Source: Eledone cirrhosa (taxonomy: Eukaryota). Taken from it: a stretch of DNA of 64,000 bases. Position numbers and translations under genes: made by a program. Shown here one piece after another: positions 12,939 through 26,531 of this stretch. The stretch covers positions 231,198,001 to 231,262,000 of the forward strand of contig OZ024743.1 in NCBI GenBank assembly GCA_964016885.1, read 5' to 3'. Below the pieces are notes generated by a model. The model saw only the letters and a program-made list of their open reading frames with translations, made no database searches and had not been told where the DNA came from. Positions within the stretch are counted from its first letter, which is position 1; every line of letters begins with the position of its first letter.

Positions 12939-15845
12939 GGTACACACACACACATATTCACACATATAAACACACACACACACACACATACACACACACG
13001 TATTCACACACAGTCACACACAAAAACAGGCACACTTGGATACGTATATATATATATATATGTTTGTATATATATGTATATATGCGCTCAAATATTTCTC
13101 GTGTTTTTGTGTTTGTTTGTGTGTGTGCGTCATTTTGTGTTTGTGTTTGTGTGCCGGCGCATATGTGTGTGTATGTATGTATAACTAGGAACTGCTACTG
13201 CTATATATACGTCAATTCTGGTGTACGTGTGTAAGTTTCTCGATAGTTGGATATTTTTGGCTGAAAATGTACGTTCATAGCGTCAGTAACTTTACGAAAA
13301 TAAAGGCAAATTATGCAGTGGATATGTCTTATACGTTCTGTATATCTGCGAATAAACAGATGGATGGAGAAATAGATGAATGTATTGTAGGCTGACTGCT
13401 TGGATAGTGATGTTTAGGAGTGAGAGGGTAGAATAGGGAAGGTTAGGCATGTTGGTGGGTGGATAGTTAGGAAGATATGGTTAGAATTTTTTGCAGGAAA
13501 TTTCCTTTATGACCTCTGTAACGTTATTAAAAGGCGAATTTAACCGGCCAATGTAGTGAAACTAAGTGTCATGGTAAGATGTCAAGCGATTCTTAGAAAT
13601 AACAATAGGAAGACTAGATTATTTGTTCGAAAAGGAAAAGAAAATATAAAGCCTGTATGAAAACTATGGCAGTAGAAGCGGACTTTGGAAACAGACGACA
13701 TTTTGCTACAGAATTTCCGGAACAAAGATGAAATGGAAGAAGGGAACAAAAAAAAATGGAAGAAAATGAAATAAGAATAAAAGAAAAAAAGGTACAAAAT
13801 AAAATAGAAGAAAACAAAAAAAATATATATTACGAGAATGAAATTATAAATAAATAAAAAGACAATACATTGTTCAGGAGTATTTTGATACACAACGAGA
13901 AGGTTAAGGGATACGAACGGAAGAAGGAGAAGAATATGGGGAAAGAATGATAGATAATATGGTGTAGGGGTAAAATGAGTTAGGAATGTGGTTGTGGCAG
14001 GCGAAGACGGTATTTTGGTGGGTGTAATGCAGTGTGTTAAGAATAAAAACATAGCGAAACGTATCTGGAAAAAGAGGTTGGTGGTAGGCGAAGGAGAAGT
14101 GAGATGGGCACCAAGCCAGCCAATTGGCCAAAGAATGGTGTTGATGGTTGGGGAGGAACAGTAGCTATTGGGTAAAAGAAGGTGGAAGAGAAAATGTGGA
14201 GATACAAATTGTAACGTATTGTGGGTAAAGAGGCCGATGTAAGGGTGGTAACATAATGAATGACTTGCTGCTGGGAGTAGGGTCGGTGGAACTGAATAAG
14301 AGATGGTGGTAATGTTGTGTCGTTTGTCATTGTATTGAAATAGACAATAAGTGTATTAGAGAGGTATGGAACTACTTACGTATGTATATTAATATGCATG
14401 CATGAGTGTATATGGATTTGGGCACTCATGCACATATGTGTATACATTATATTTGTATATATGTGAGGTTAGTTGAAGGGAGGTGACTATCGTCGTTGGT
14501 GTGGTGGAATCGGCGTTTGCTATAACTTTCTGCTTTAGGCCCCATGCCCCCACCCTAACTGACCATACCAATGAGTAAATATGTTTTAACCACGACCATG
14601 CTGACATTTTTGGCATAGTGTGAGTTTTGTTTATGTTGTTGCCGTCGTTGTTGTAGTTGGTACAGTTTTTTGTTGTTGTTGTCGTTGTTGTTTAGCCATA
14701 CATCGGCCCTGATCTTAGTGAAAACTGTCATCAATGTTCTACATCTTCAAAATTCGGAAGGCATTTTCTTAAGACACAGTGGCTGCTTTTTTTTATCAAA
14801 TTATCCGTTGTGATTTTATGGAAGAGATAGTAAGGATTGAGGGTGTTTGAGCTGTTATTCTTAGAAGTATACGCAAGCACGTAGACGTTCATTTTTAGCT
14901 CATTTATGTAGCGTTCATTATCAAAGATTGGTGAGATTTTGTTAGGTAATGATGAAACTAAAACCTGTTATACAGTAGATATATTATACTATGCAGCATG
15001 GTTCTGAATTCGACGCTTGACTAAGCTATATATATACTCAGAAATCCAAATATTTTCTTAATTCATTTCTCATGTAGAATGAATTCTGATTATTTATATC
15101 AGTATATGGTATTATTTATACTATTTGTTGGAATACAGGTATAGTTCCTCATTACAAACTTCTTGCGACTTTGTTTGGAGAAGAGTTACGGGGCAGAATA
15201 TTACTATTACTCAACAGACGTTAATTTTATTCTTTACAAAGTAAACACATACGTTTTAATGAAATTCCTATGTAAAACATATTTGAATGTATTTAAAGGC
15301 ATCTATGTTTAAGGTTAACAGGCCTGTTTACTTCTCTATTTCATGTTATTTTTCCTGTAAATTAAAATAACTAAACATTCGATTTAAATTTCCTAATAAC
15401 ATAGATACTATCAGCTGTTAGCTGTGAAGATGATGTATAAAAAAACTGAAGCGTACGCCTACAGATAATGGAAAACTAATCCACGCAATAATGGACGCCT
15501 AAAATTAATAGATTTCAATTTTCATCCCATGTTTTATAAGGAGGAAATTTACAAATGAAATGAAAATTGTTGTCATAAATGCAATTCAGAATATCAAACG
15601 TTACGTTAATGTAAATAATAACAGCTACCCAATTCAGAAAATTACTAAGCAACATCAGAAGAGAAATGACATCTCACATAAATAAGGAACGCAAACATTT
15701 TATTAGTATCGTTAAGAAAAAGTTAGAATCATGACTATACCCAAGAGTCATTTAACGATATATGCCAATTAACAGTTTTTGGCGGTTGATCAAATATAAA
15801 GCTGTTAATGTGGGAGGAATATGTGGTATAAAAGGATGGTTGAGT

Positions 15846-15881
<36 letters not shown>

Positions 15882-17029
15882 ATGTGTGTGTATGTGTGTG
15901 TGTGCGTGTGTGTATGTTACACATACATATATATATATACATACACACAAATATATAACTATGAATTAATATTTCCGTTCATTAAATAAACATGAATTTA
16001 TAACCTCTCTTAACCTAGAGACACGGTATAAAAGATATATGAGAATAATATTCAAGGTGTTATTAAATACCTTAGAAAGGATGTCAATAAGTATATATAA
16101 TCATGGTCGAGAATTTTGTAAACAGTGAGTGAAATTTTCTATGTAAATATATGACATATCATATGATGAGACCTCACACTTATATACGTTGCTTCTATGT
16201 GGGCAAGAATACGGGACCCTACAATTAGAATTAGCTACTGGAATATTAGTATTCTGAGGTCTATTTATAAATCAGTTCATTACCATCCTTAATATATACA
16301 GCCACACATATACGCACCAATATATTCATCATCTAAATCTATGGCATTGTTTAATTGCTTATTATTATGCACAGGGATTGTATGTTCCGATTTATATATG
16401 TATACATGTCTGCGCTCACCAAAAGCCAAATATGCAGCTAAACTTGATGTAGTAGGAAATGATAATTTAACTGTCTTCTTATTCATTATACTATAATACA
16501 TATAGTTTTAGGAGGAATATTTTCTAAAATACTAAAAATATTTGAGGTATATATATATATATCTGAGGGTATATGTTCCCAATCGAGGATTAAACCAAAT
16601 ATGTATGTATGTTTTTATATATATTTAAGAATGACCTGTTGTATCTATTTCATACTATTAACCTTAATTGAATATATATCTGACCAGGAATGCTTTTTGT
16701 GACAATCAGTCATATGGAACTATTGTCATCTTGCCTGACGGTTTGAACTTTACAACACCACCTGCCTCTTTGAGGTCAAATACCAACCCTACTAGCATCT
16801 ACAGACTGACCAATGAGAATTAAGACTATTCCAGCTGACAACATTAAATTATTCCTAACAAGCTCTTATGTCCCAAGGCTCTGATACCATCAACAATATA
16901 AACACAGAGCTGGCATATCTAAGAACTGACTAACTGCCTGATGTGGTCATAGCCATTCAATGGCTATCATCGAAATATATATAGCAGTAAATAAAGGATT
17001 ATGAGTTCATGCAATTGACTTATGTTTCG

Positions 17030-17060
<31 letters not shown>

Positions 17061-17061
<1 letters not shown>

Positions 17062-17360
17062 GGAACGAGTAGCAACCCGACGGCTGAGCTCAAGCCGTAT
17101 CTCGACGGCTAATTCTGGACTCTACTACCTCAAGTATTGAGTATTTTGGTGCGTTATGGTCCATCTGGTTGTTTACCACATTTCCTTCGTTATATATATA
17201 TATATAACGAAGGAAATGTGGTAAGGAACTAGGTGGACCATAACGCACCAAAGTACTCAATACTTAGGGTAGTAGAATATGTAATAGGAACGAGTAGGCT
17301 GAGCTCAAGCCGTTTCGACGGCTAATTCTGGACTAAAATAATTTTAGTCCAGAATTAGCT
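17061..17360. mobile_element. Two back-to-back copies of short fold-back element family X
   Basis: 17061-17191 and 17206-17360 lie in opposite orientations around a TA run. They share aacgaaggaaatgtggtaa..tactcaatactt and gagctcaagccgtttcgacggctaattctggact with 41961, 47340 and 49692. Confidence 0.8.
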
Positions 17361-17542
17361 CTCTCTCTATATATATAGAGAGAGAGAAGGAGAAGGGTGA
17401 GGACTGAGCGCGAGATAAGAAGAGAGAGAGAGAGAAAATGAGAGAGAGAGAGAGGAGGGAGCGAGATAATACATACGAATGCTACAGTTTCTTAGCAAAA
17501 GAGGAAAAATACAATTCACGGTGTGATTATTTTTATTATAAA

Positions 17543-17751
17543 GGGCGGTGGATTGGCAGTATCGGTAGAGGGTCGGACGCCATGCTTTCAGTTATGGCCC
17601 TTTTTTTATCTGAGTTCAAATCCCGTCGAGGTTAACTCTGCCTTTCATCCTTACGGGGTCGATAAAATAAAGTACCAGTCACGCAATGGTGTCGATTTAA
17701 TCGACTTTCCCCTCCTCCAAAATTGCTGGCCTTGTGCCTATTTAAGAAACC
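17543..17751 (+). mobile_element. SINE copy, long-tail variant
   Basis: Same head and body, with extra gtcgatttaatcgactttcccctcc-ccaaaatt before the 3' end. Confidence 0.9.
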
Positions 17752-18676
17752 ATTATTTAAACTGAATTCTTCTTGTTACGTCTCTAGTCTCACTCTCTCG
17801 AATCGGCAGACTAAAAATGTTTGTTATGTAGGGATAGTTGTTTTACACCAGATACAATTAATACATTACAAATATATGTGAGAAATTAATAGTCAGAGCG
17901 AAATGAATATACACGCATTAATGTAGATAAGACCATACAGCATAATAACAGTTCTTGCCAGGGTGTAGCATCAGTAAAGAAATTAAAAAAACAGAGTTCA
18001 AATTATATAATTTAATATTCAACACGAAAATTAAGAATATTATTATTCATTTTAACGTCCGTGTTACCCCATGAATATATTGAAGAGATATAAGAATAAA
18101 TAAAAATACGAAACAAATAAGTTGCAGGAAAGTCTGTACGAACTGTTCCGAATTAATAAGAAAATATTAATTATATAATTAGTAAATATACAATTAATTC
18201 TATTTTGCTGAATACATTTTCTTTTGTTTCTTTCCTTCCGTAAATTTTAAAATTCATCGGAAAATTCGTTGACTCAACCTATTAAAATTATTTTTGAAAT
18301 GTTTTTCAATGTTTCAAATAAATAAAAGATATTTAATTTTCTTTCGATATATATTAATTATTGGTTTATATAGAAAATGTGAGAAACTGCTGGAACATTA
18401 GCTATTAACCTCCCCACTGTGACTATAATTATCAAAGAGCATAAGAATAAGAACTATTATCAGAATAAAACAGCAGGGAAATATGGAAATATCGGCGACT
18501 GTCTAGGAAGATATATCAACAAATTGGAACTTGATTTTATAACATTGCCATTCACTGCAATGTTTATTATAAGAATACATTGATAAATCTATTTTGGTAT
18601 ATGTAATTTACCAAATTCTGACATTCATCAATTACTGAATGCCCATAACACAAATCAAAGTTTGTTAACAAATAAT

Positions 18677-18810
18677 TGTTTCTACTTTTGGCACAAAACC
18701 AGCAATTATACCAGTGTATTACTGGTACTTTATTCTATCGACCCCGTAAGGATGAAAGGCAAAGTTAACCTCGGCGGGATTTGAACTCAGTCCGTAAGGG
18801 GACGGAAATG
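18677..18810 (-). mobile_element. 5'-truncated SINE copy
   Basis: Reverse complement of the SINE body and 3' end. Confidence 0.85.
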
Positions 18811-19818
18811 AAAGTAAATATATTAGAATTTGCAAATCATATCAAAACTCTTTAGCTACGTATGGCGTTGAAATTGTTAGAGGGTCGCGCAAATAGGCTT
18901 GCGGCATTTTATTGAGATCGTATATTTTACTTGTTCAAATCCTATTGCTGTCATTTTTCCTTTCAATCAGTTCAGGGTCTATAAATGAAATGTCAGTAAA
19001 ATACTCAGTTGCCTCAGATTGCTCTCTCCCGTATTATTTCGAGCAATGGGCTACGACTCAGAACCTGAAATTAATAATCTTTCAGCTGGATGGATGTACT
19101 TTAGGCGTATATGCGGTTATCTTTGCGTGTTGCAGCTCCATCTGTACCATAGATGACAGGAGTTCCGGTCGTTCAAGCAAAGGAAGAGATGCATCGTAAA
19201 ATTAAAGGGCAAGTGACTAGGTATTTCTCAGACAGATATAATCTTAGCGTAGTTCAGAAAGAGATAAGATTTAAGCAGGAATATAAAGATGTTTTAAGCA
19301 TATATTAAATGTATGCTATATAGGGATCCCTTGTGTTATTTTTCTTCGCCCACTTTTTCCCGAGAGGGTCGTGGGAGAAGAGTCCTCAAACCCTACATCC
19401 AGAGGGTCCTGTCAGAAGCAACTAGTTCCAACTGATCCGGTTGGATCGCCAAACTAATGGCTGTTATCCAACCATCCCTTGTCGTCCAATAACATACAAT
19501 TTATATTGTCAATAAAAAAAATGTGTGTTGCTCTCTTCCTAAGTAGAGCATTTTGAATAGACCATATTTCCATCAATTTTGGGGATCAAATATAAGAAAC
19601 AAAACATCCATATCTTATCAACATCAACACCACCAGCCACAGAAGAGACTAACATAAATGTGTTGCTTACACGGTACAATTGAAGATCTAGTCTTCAGGT
19701 AAGAATTCTACGTACGTTTGAATTAGTTGTTAGCTTCGAATGAACATATTTTGCACCTAAACCAAGAAAGGTCTTCCAACACAAAAGATGTGAACACTTC
19801 TAAAAAAGATACGGTTTA

Positions 19819-19867
<49 letters not shown>

Positions 19868-19896
19868 TGTTGTTGTTGTTGTTGTTGTTGCTGCTG
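19819..19896. repeat. (TAG)n(TTG)n microsatellite
   Basis: Directly visible. Confidence 0.95.
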
Positions 19897-21230
19897 TATC
19901 TCAGTCACTGGACAATCCCAATCAAACCGACATATAATCAAAATAGTTCATGCGTTGCTTTCTATCTGACACTAGGACTACACACATCAACGTCACTTCA
20001 TTTCGAAGACAACAGGGAGATGTAGATGCTGTATCCATTATGATTTGTTATAGTATCCTACTAATGAAGTTTACAATTCCGTTGGCTCGATCTTTCGAAA
20101 TTACACTGTATCGGTGGGAAGCGATGGATTGCAAACCTTGTAAGAGTTTATGAAGCGTTGATTATTTAATGTAGTATTTGCTTTTGTGTTTGTTGTTATT
20201 GCTGTTGTTCTTTGAACTAGATTACCCCATGGTCAAAAGTGCTGCATTCACGATTATTTGTTTTTACGTTTTAAGACAGGTTTTATGGAAATACATTGTC
20301 TGGAATATACAACACATCTAAATAAGAAGTCTGTGATTTGATGGGAATTTAGCTACTGTTTCTTGCAAGCACACAATTCCTCTACATGTTATTTGTTGTA
20401 GTGAGTCATTTGATATGCACATTTATCACTAGCCATTATTAATATGCAATCCCTGATATAAGGATTCGTTATGAGGCATTTAGCATGCTAGTTTTTTCGC
20501 TAAGTTTTCTTTTTGCTTTTGTGGAAAATTTCGCATAGTCATTCACGCTAATTATCCTCAACACTCAATAATGAGCCCTATTAGTATAACACATTATTGT
20601 TCCCACAAACTAATATTGCTCCAAATTCATACAGTAAATCTTTACATAACTCACACGCTATGTATCTGATTTCATAAAACTTCTACATGACTGAACAAAT
20701 TTAAGCCTCGCTTTCCTGAACGATATAACTTTCTAACGTAAATCGTTTAAAAATGTAGAATAAGCATAATCACAATATCAATAATAATAATAATAATATT
20801 AATAATAATAATAATAATAATATTAATAATAATAATAATAATAGCCCAAGTTCGTGTTCCAGATCAGTTCCGCTATCTGAATCCTCCTCTCACGCATACA
20901 TAAATTTCATATTCAATAAATTCGTTTTTTTATGAAGAGTATTTTCTTATAATATATTTTTAATAATATATATATATATATATATATATTATAGATAACA
21001 AAATAGAATGTTGGATATGTATATCTAACTCACACGCACACACACATACACGTAAATATATACATACAGACATGCACACAATGATCCACCCACAAGCAAA
21101 TATTTACTCAGAAATATATACACAGATATGTACACATGGGCAATCATTTATACATCTCGAAAATCTCATGATTATACATACATTAAATCATCACTCTACA
21201 ACTCTCTCTCCGTCTCTCCCTCACACAGAT

Positions 21231-21730
<500 letters not shown>

Positions 21731-22448
21731 AATCTATCTTTCTTTCACTCCCTCACTCTCCTTGTCTCTATGTCGACCACTGGTCGCTGGTCTCCGTCCT
21801 CCGCGGGATTCGGTTTCTGCCTATCACTTTCAATGACAGCATTTGGCCGTTCTAAGAATTTACTCTAGTGTTGACTCTTTTCATTGTTCTATGAATTTTA
21901 TATATATAAATGAAAGTAGAGAAATTAATGTGAATAAGAAGCCAACAGTATTTCATAATATATAAGTGACTATAACGTCAAAATGGAAAATATTTAACGT
22001 AAGATATGGGAAAATAATTCAAACTCAATTAAAAAAACATCAAGATAGATTTTATCCACAGATTTTGTGAAATCCAGGGAAAAAAACAATAGAGTTTTAA
22101 CTCAGAATAAAATAAAGTTTAAATACTCATCCTTCAATTTGGAAAAATTACAAATGCTCTATATAGTCTTAAAATACAATTTCACGAAACTTTTCAATTG
22201 GATTAGTCACGGCTAAAATCGTTCATCAGTAGAGTTCAACACGATAAACAAAATGCACTGCCAAAATCTGCCGGAAAGGGAATTTAAAAGCAGGCTAGTT
22301 CACCCCGTGCGGAATTATGAAATTAAACACAGATGGAGAAACATGGCTGGTGACGTCAGAATGAGACAAGAAACAGCAGTCAAAATATTCCGAAAAAAAC
22401 TCTACGAATATATATATACATACATAAACGTATTATTCTTCACTCTTT

Positions 22449-22486
<38 letters not shown>

Positions 22487-22644
22487 AAAGAGTTACGAAT
22501 AATATGGTCTGCTGTACAAAAACGTTTTATTTCCAGTGTTAACAATTGTTCTGTCAAACAACGCCGTACTTTAAAACTATCTAGTACAGATTACTCACAA
22601 TCTCTAACTGGATTACCTAAACGATAACTTGTTATGCCATATAC

Positions 22645-22711
<67 letters not shown>

Positions 22712-22713
<2 letters not shown>

Positions 22714-23020
22714 CACGCATCTATATAAATAAGACTCGGTGTCCCGACGGATGTGCTCTTGTCGTTTCTGGTGAAATGTCAAGTGCTCAGCCGTCGGAGT
22801 CCCGACTCTTTATGATATAAACACACTGTACTAACCAAAGAATCGTGTACTATGTTGAGTAATTGTCTATATATGTTCCCACACACCTTTCGCCTGAAGA
22901 AGGGCTTATGCCCGAAACGTCGTTCACCACCACCACCCACCACTCTAAAGAGTGTGAAACTAATAGACCTTTGTTCGTACTGCCTCTCTGTTTTGTTGCC
23001 GTTCCATTTTTCACTATAGA
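22712..23020 (+). mobile_element. Short (TA)n-embedded insert carrying a hammerhead motif (probable Penelope pLTR fragment)
   Basis: ~300-bp unique island between two long TA runs, with a canonical hammerhead core about 100 nt from its 3' end. Confidence 0.6.
22889..22926 (+). ncRNA. Minimal type I hammerhead ribozyme
   Basis: CUGAAGA(22894)-A-GGGC uuau GCCC-GAAA-C-GUC: complete core, 4-bp helix II, palindromic ACGU in place of helix III. Helix I is weak (cgc/guu). Confidence 0.7.
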
Positions 23021-23040
23021 TATACATATATATATATACG

Positions 23041-23071
<31 letters not shown>

Positions 23072-23088
23072 GTAAATATATATATATG

Positions 23089-23194
<106 letters not shown>

Positions 23195-23810
23195 TGTAAA
23201 GTATGTCTATGCCTATGTATATGTATATAAATAAATATATATATATATACAACATACATGTATGTAAATATGTATAGTGAGAAATAAGAGTGGGAGATAG
23301 TCTACGTGTTTGATAAAGCTAGACAGATAGCAGAATATTAGTATAGTCAGGAGAACCTATATTTAAAATCCTTGTAGAAGTATAAACTTATCTCATATAT
23401 ATATCGCTATTTCTGAATACCGATTCTAATTTTCAATTTTTGCTTAACCGGCAACCGTTCTGTATAATCAGTTCCTGATTATTACTAGAATTCTATAAAA
23501 ATCAAACATTCATGATTTTCAGCAAATAGGTGGAGTACTTAGCTTTGATAAGTACCAAAAAGTACCAAACAGAGCTCTGTCAGATTTATCTCCCCTGTTT
23601 GCTGAACATTTTAAGTAAGTGAGATTGTCACTACTCTAAAACAATAGCGTAAGGTCTTCGAAATGCTTTTAATTAAGCATACAGTGCATTGGAAAATACA
23701 CTATATATACATTCATATATACATATATATCGCTATTTCAGAGCACCAATTCTAATTTATATATATCTAGCTTGAAATACTGACTGACAAGTCATTGATT
23801 AGTTAGACGG

Positions 23811-23910
23811 ATAGTAAAGGACACTTGCCCAGGTTGCTGTCCAATGACACTGAACCCTGATTGATTCGGTTGCGAAGCAATCTCTTTAACCTTACAGCCA
23901 CGCCTGAGCC
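23811..23910 (-). mobile_element. Old tRNA/CORE-type SINE head fragment (second SINE family)
   Basis: Minus strand ggcgtggctgtaaggttaa..gggttcagtgtc..acctgggcaagtgtc: A/B-box-like motifs followed by a CORE-like ctgggcaagt motif. Confidence 0.5.
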
Positions 23911-24653
23911 AATAAACCATCGCGTCACATTATCTCATTGCCTTGAGTTATCGCGACCGAGTTGCTTTGGTTGATGCTCGAAAAGACATCGCCACACAGA
24001 AGAAATTAATTTGCCGTCTGCCTAACTGACTAATGCTCTATCAACTCAAGCATCGGTGAACTCTTTTCTTCTTTGCAATATATGTAAAATTTTAGCATAA
24101 TATCTCATTTCTTGATGCTGGTTCGAAGAGTTATCAACGATTGCAAAGATGTTTTGAAAATTGAAATTTTACCAGCGCTTTGCATGAACATTTATTGTTT
24201 ATATGATATATTAATATGTTTATTGAACATTCGATAAAAAGAAACATATAAATACGCATGAAGTTACGATAAAAAATAAAATTGTATATGAAGTGTCAAG
24301 ATGCAAAATGGAGCAATCCAGTTTAACACGTTTCTGTAAGAGAATTCGCAAATGTTTCTATACATTATATAGTCATCGAGCTCTCCACGAATTCTGCTTG
24401 TCCTGCTCTGTCACCCCCCCCCCCCCCCTCGTATATCTATCTATCTATCTCGAAGAAGATAGACGTGTTTTTGTTTCGCTCCTGCATTTTGTTGGAATTT
24501 ATTACGAGAAGCGGTAGGTTTGTTTAAGCTACTTGTTATTTGTTGTGTTTAACCCCTCGCCTGGACCTGCAGACGTTGGGTAAAATAAATTTCGCCACTT
24601 TTTGGGGCGAAATTTGATAGTTATAAGTTATCGATAAAAAGTCGTTTAGTGAC

Positions 24654-26488
24654 AATGGACGCCATTAACACAACGCATGCCACGCCCCCAAGGAATGTGA
24701 TAGAGAGAAGGTAGCAGCACAACGATGTACGCCTTCCCTCCTCACTCCCGCAAAAGACACCACGGAATCAAAAGAAAATAATGTGGAAATGGGTGAAAAT
24801 CCCAAAATTAAAAATTACAGAAACAAGAACAACAATTACAATAACAACACAATCAACTACAGCAACAATGACAATAACAACACAACCAACAACAGCAATA
24901 ATGACAACACCAACAAAGGAAAAAAGCAACCCAACACAAATAACAATAACAACGATGATAACAACACGAAATAAAACGGACCCACAGCTGCAGTCTCCTT
25001 CGCACAGGCGGTTCGAGAAACGCAGAAATACAAGGCACTGGACATCTCGAATGCCAAGAAATTGCTGAAAGAAGCAAGGAATTGTGTAAGTTCCGGGGAA
25101 GGTGGGGAATTCACAATTACCTCCCCCGAAAAATTAGAAAGGACACAGTCCTCAGGTCCGTAATTTTTTGGACAGTTTCGAACGCGACTAGGAAACCGGC
25201 TCAATTGTCCCGAAGTGAAATTGAGCTGGTCCTAAGTAGTGCCTGGAAGCATATTGCTTTCATACAGAAAGAGAAACTGTATGGAAGAATATATGTTTTA
25301 ATGCAAGATGAATTGGCGGCACGGAAATATTCTGTGTCGCCAATTGTATCCAAAGCATACACCTTTTTCCCCACATATTTGGGGAAAATAACTCAAAAGA
25401 TAAGAATCTCGGGTATCAGGCCAAATGTGAGCATTTGGTGGGTGCTGACGGGATTCTTAGAAGATGAGGACACAATCCTTTCGATAGGCGAATCCACCGG
25501 GGGCGTATTCGGAGGCAATAGCCTTGAAGTTCTGGTCCAAATGAGACCAGAACGGATAGCAAGAATACCGCAGCGTGTGTCCCTGAATGGAGTCGCCTTC
25601 ATAAACATTTCTGTTGAGGGCAGGCGGCCTTCATGCTACCACTGTTCAAGAAGTGGTCACCTGAGGGCTTCTTGTCCCCTTTTAACTGCCCCCCCCCCGC
25701 AACAAAAAGACGCTTCTGCCCACCCCACACACAACAACACAACCACCACCACCACCCACACCACAACAACCACAACAACACGAACAAATAACAACACAAA
25801 ACCCTGTCCCACCCAACCCCTCCTCACCTAAAACAAATACAAAAGCAACCACAACAAAACCCCAAAATATACCCCTCCCAACAACACGGATGAAGACCCC
25901 TTTTCAACGTAACCCAGTGACGACGAGGGAGAAACCTTTCAACCGGAAAAAAGAAAGAAAAGAATGCACCACATATACAAAAATACAACAATCACACAAC
26001 CACCAGCACAAACAGAACAAACATCACAAACAAAAAAACCTACCCCTCCCGAAAACATAACACATACTACAAAACGAAAACACACACAAGAACAACAAAC
26101 AAAAACAAACACAACACAACACAACAAAAACAGTATACATACATCAACACAAACAACAAAACACTTGTGCAAACAATAGAAAAAGGCCCTTCGGTGGAAA
26201 CCGAAGGGAAAATGTTCACCAACGCGGCGACTGAACCGCATTTTAAAATGATTAGGTCCCAAGGGACACCTACGCAATGCTCAAACAGAACTTTCCTGAG
26301 GACGGCGGGAACCCCTGTACTAGACCTAGCAACCGCGTCCTCTTGAAATGTTTCCCCGCCACCCCAGGCACCCCTCCCCCGCGAAACACCCCCACTCTAC
26401 CACATCACAAACCACCACCCCACCAAATAACCCCGCCGACACCCCCATGGAAATTGTGCAGCCTGGTCCCGAGGAGAAGGACAGGTAG
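24654..26488 (+). pseudogene. LINE ORF1 (gag-like; Asn tract, CX2CX4HX4C knuckle, Thr/Pro-rich tail), frameshifted
   Basis: SFAQAV motif, CYHCSRSGHLRASCP at 25634-25678, several frameshifts and stops. The start is approximate. Confidence 0.8.
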
Positions 26489-26531
26489 GTGTCATTTCCT
26501 TTTTCTCCACTCTAAACTCTTCACCACCAAC

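Noticed and set aside
13700-14360. Purine-rich stretch possibly a decayed retroelement
   Set aside because: No diagnostic RT or endonuclease motif could be read with confidence.
18912-19250. Signal-peptide-like ORF or possible exon
   Set aside because: No recognisable domain, non-ATG start, and no convincing splice-site pair in any frame.
21770-21868. GC-richer stretch open on the minus strand (LERPNAVIESDRQKP..)
   Set aside because: Short, no polypyrimidine acceptor, no recognisable homology.
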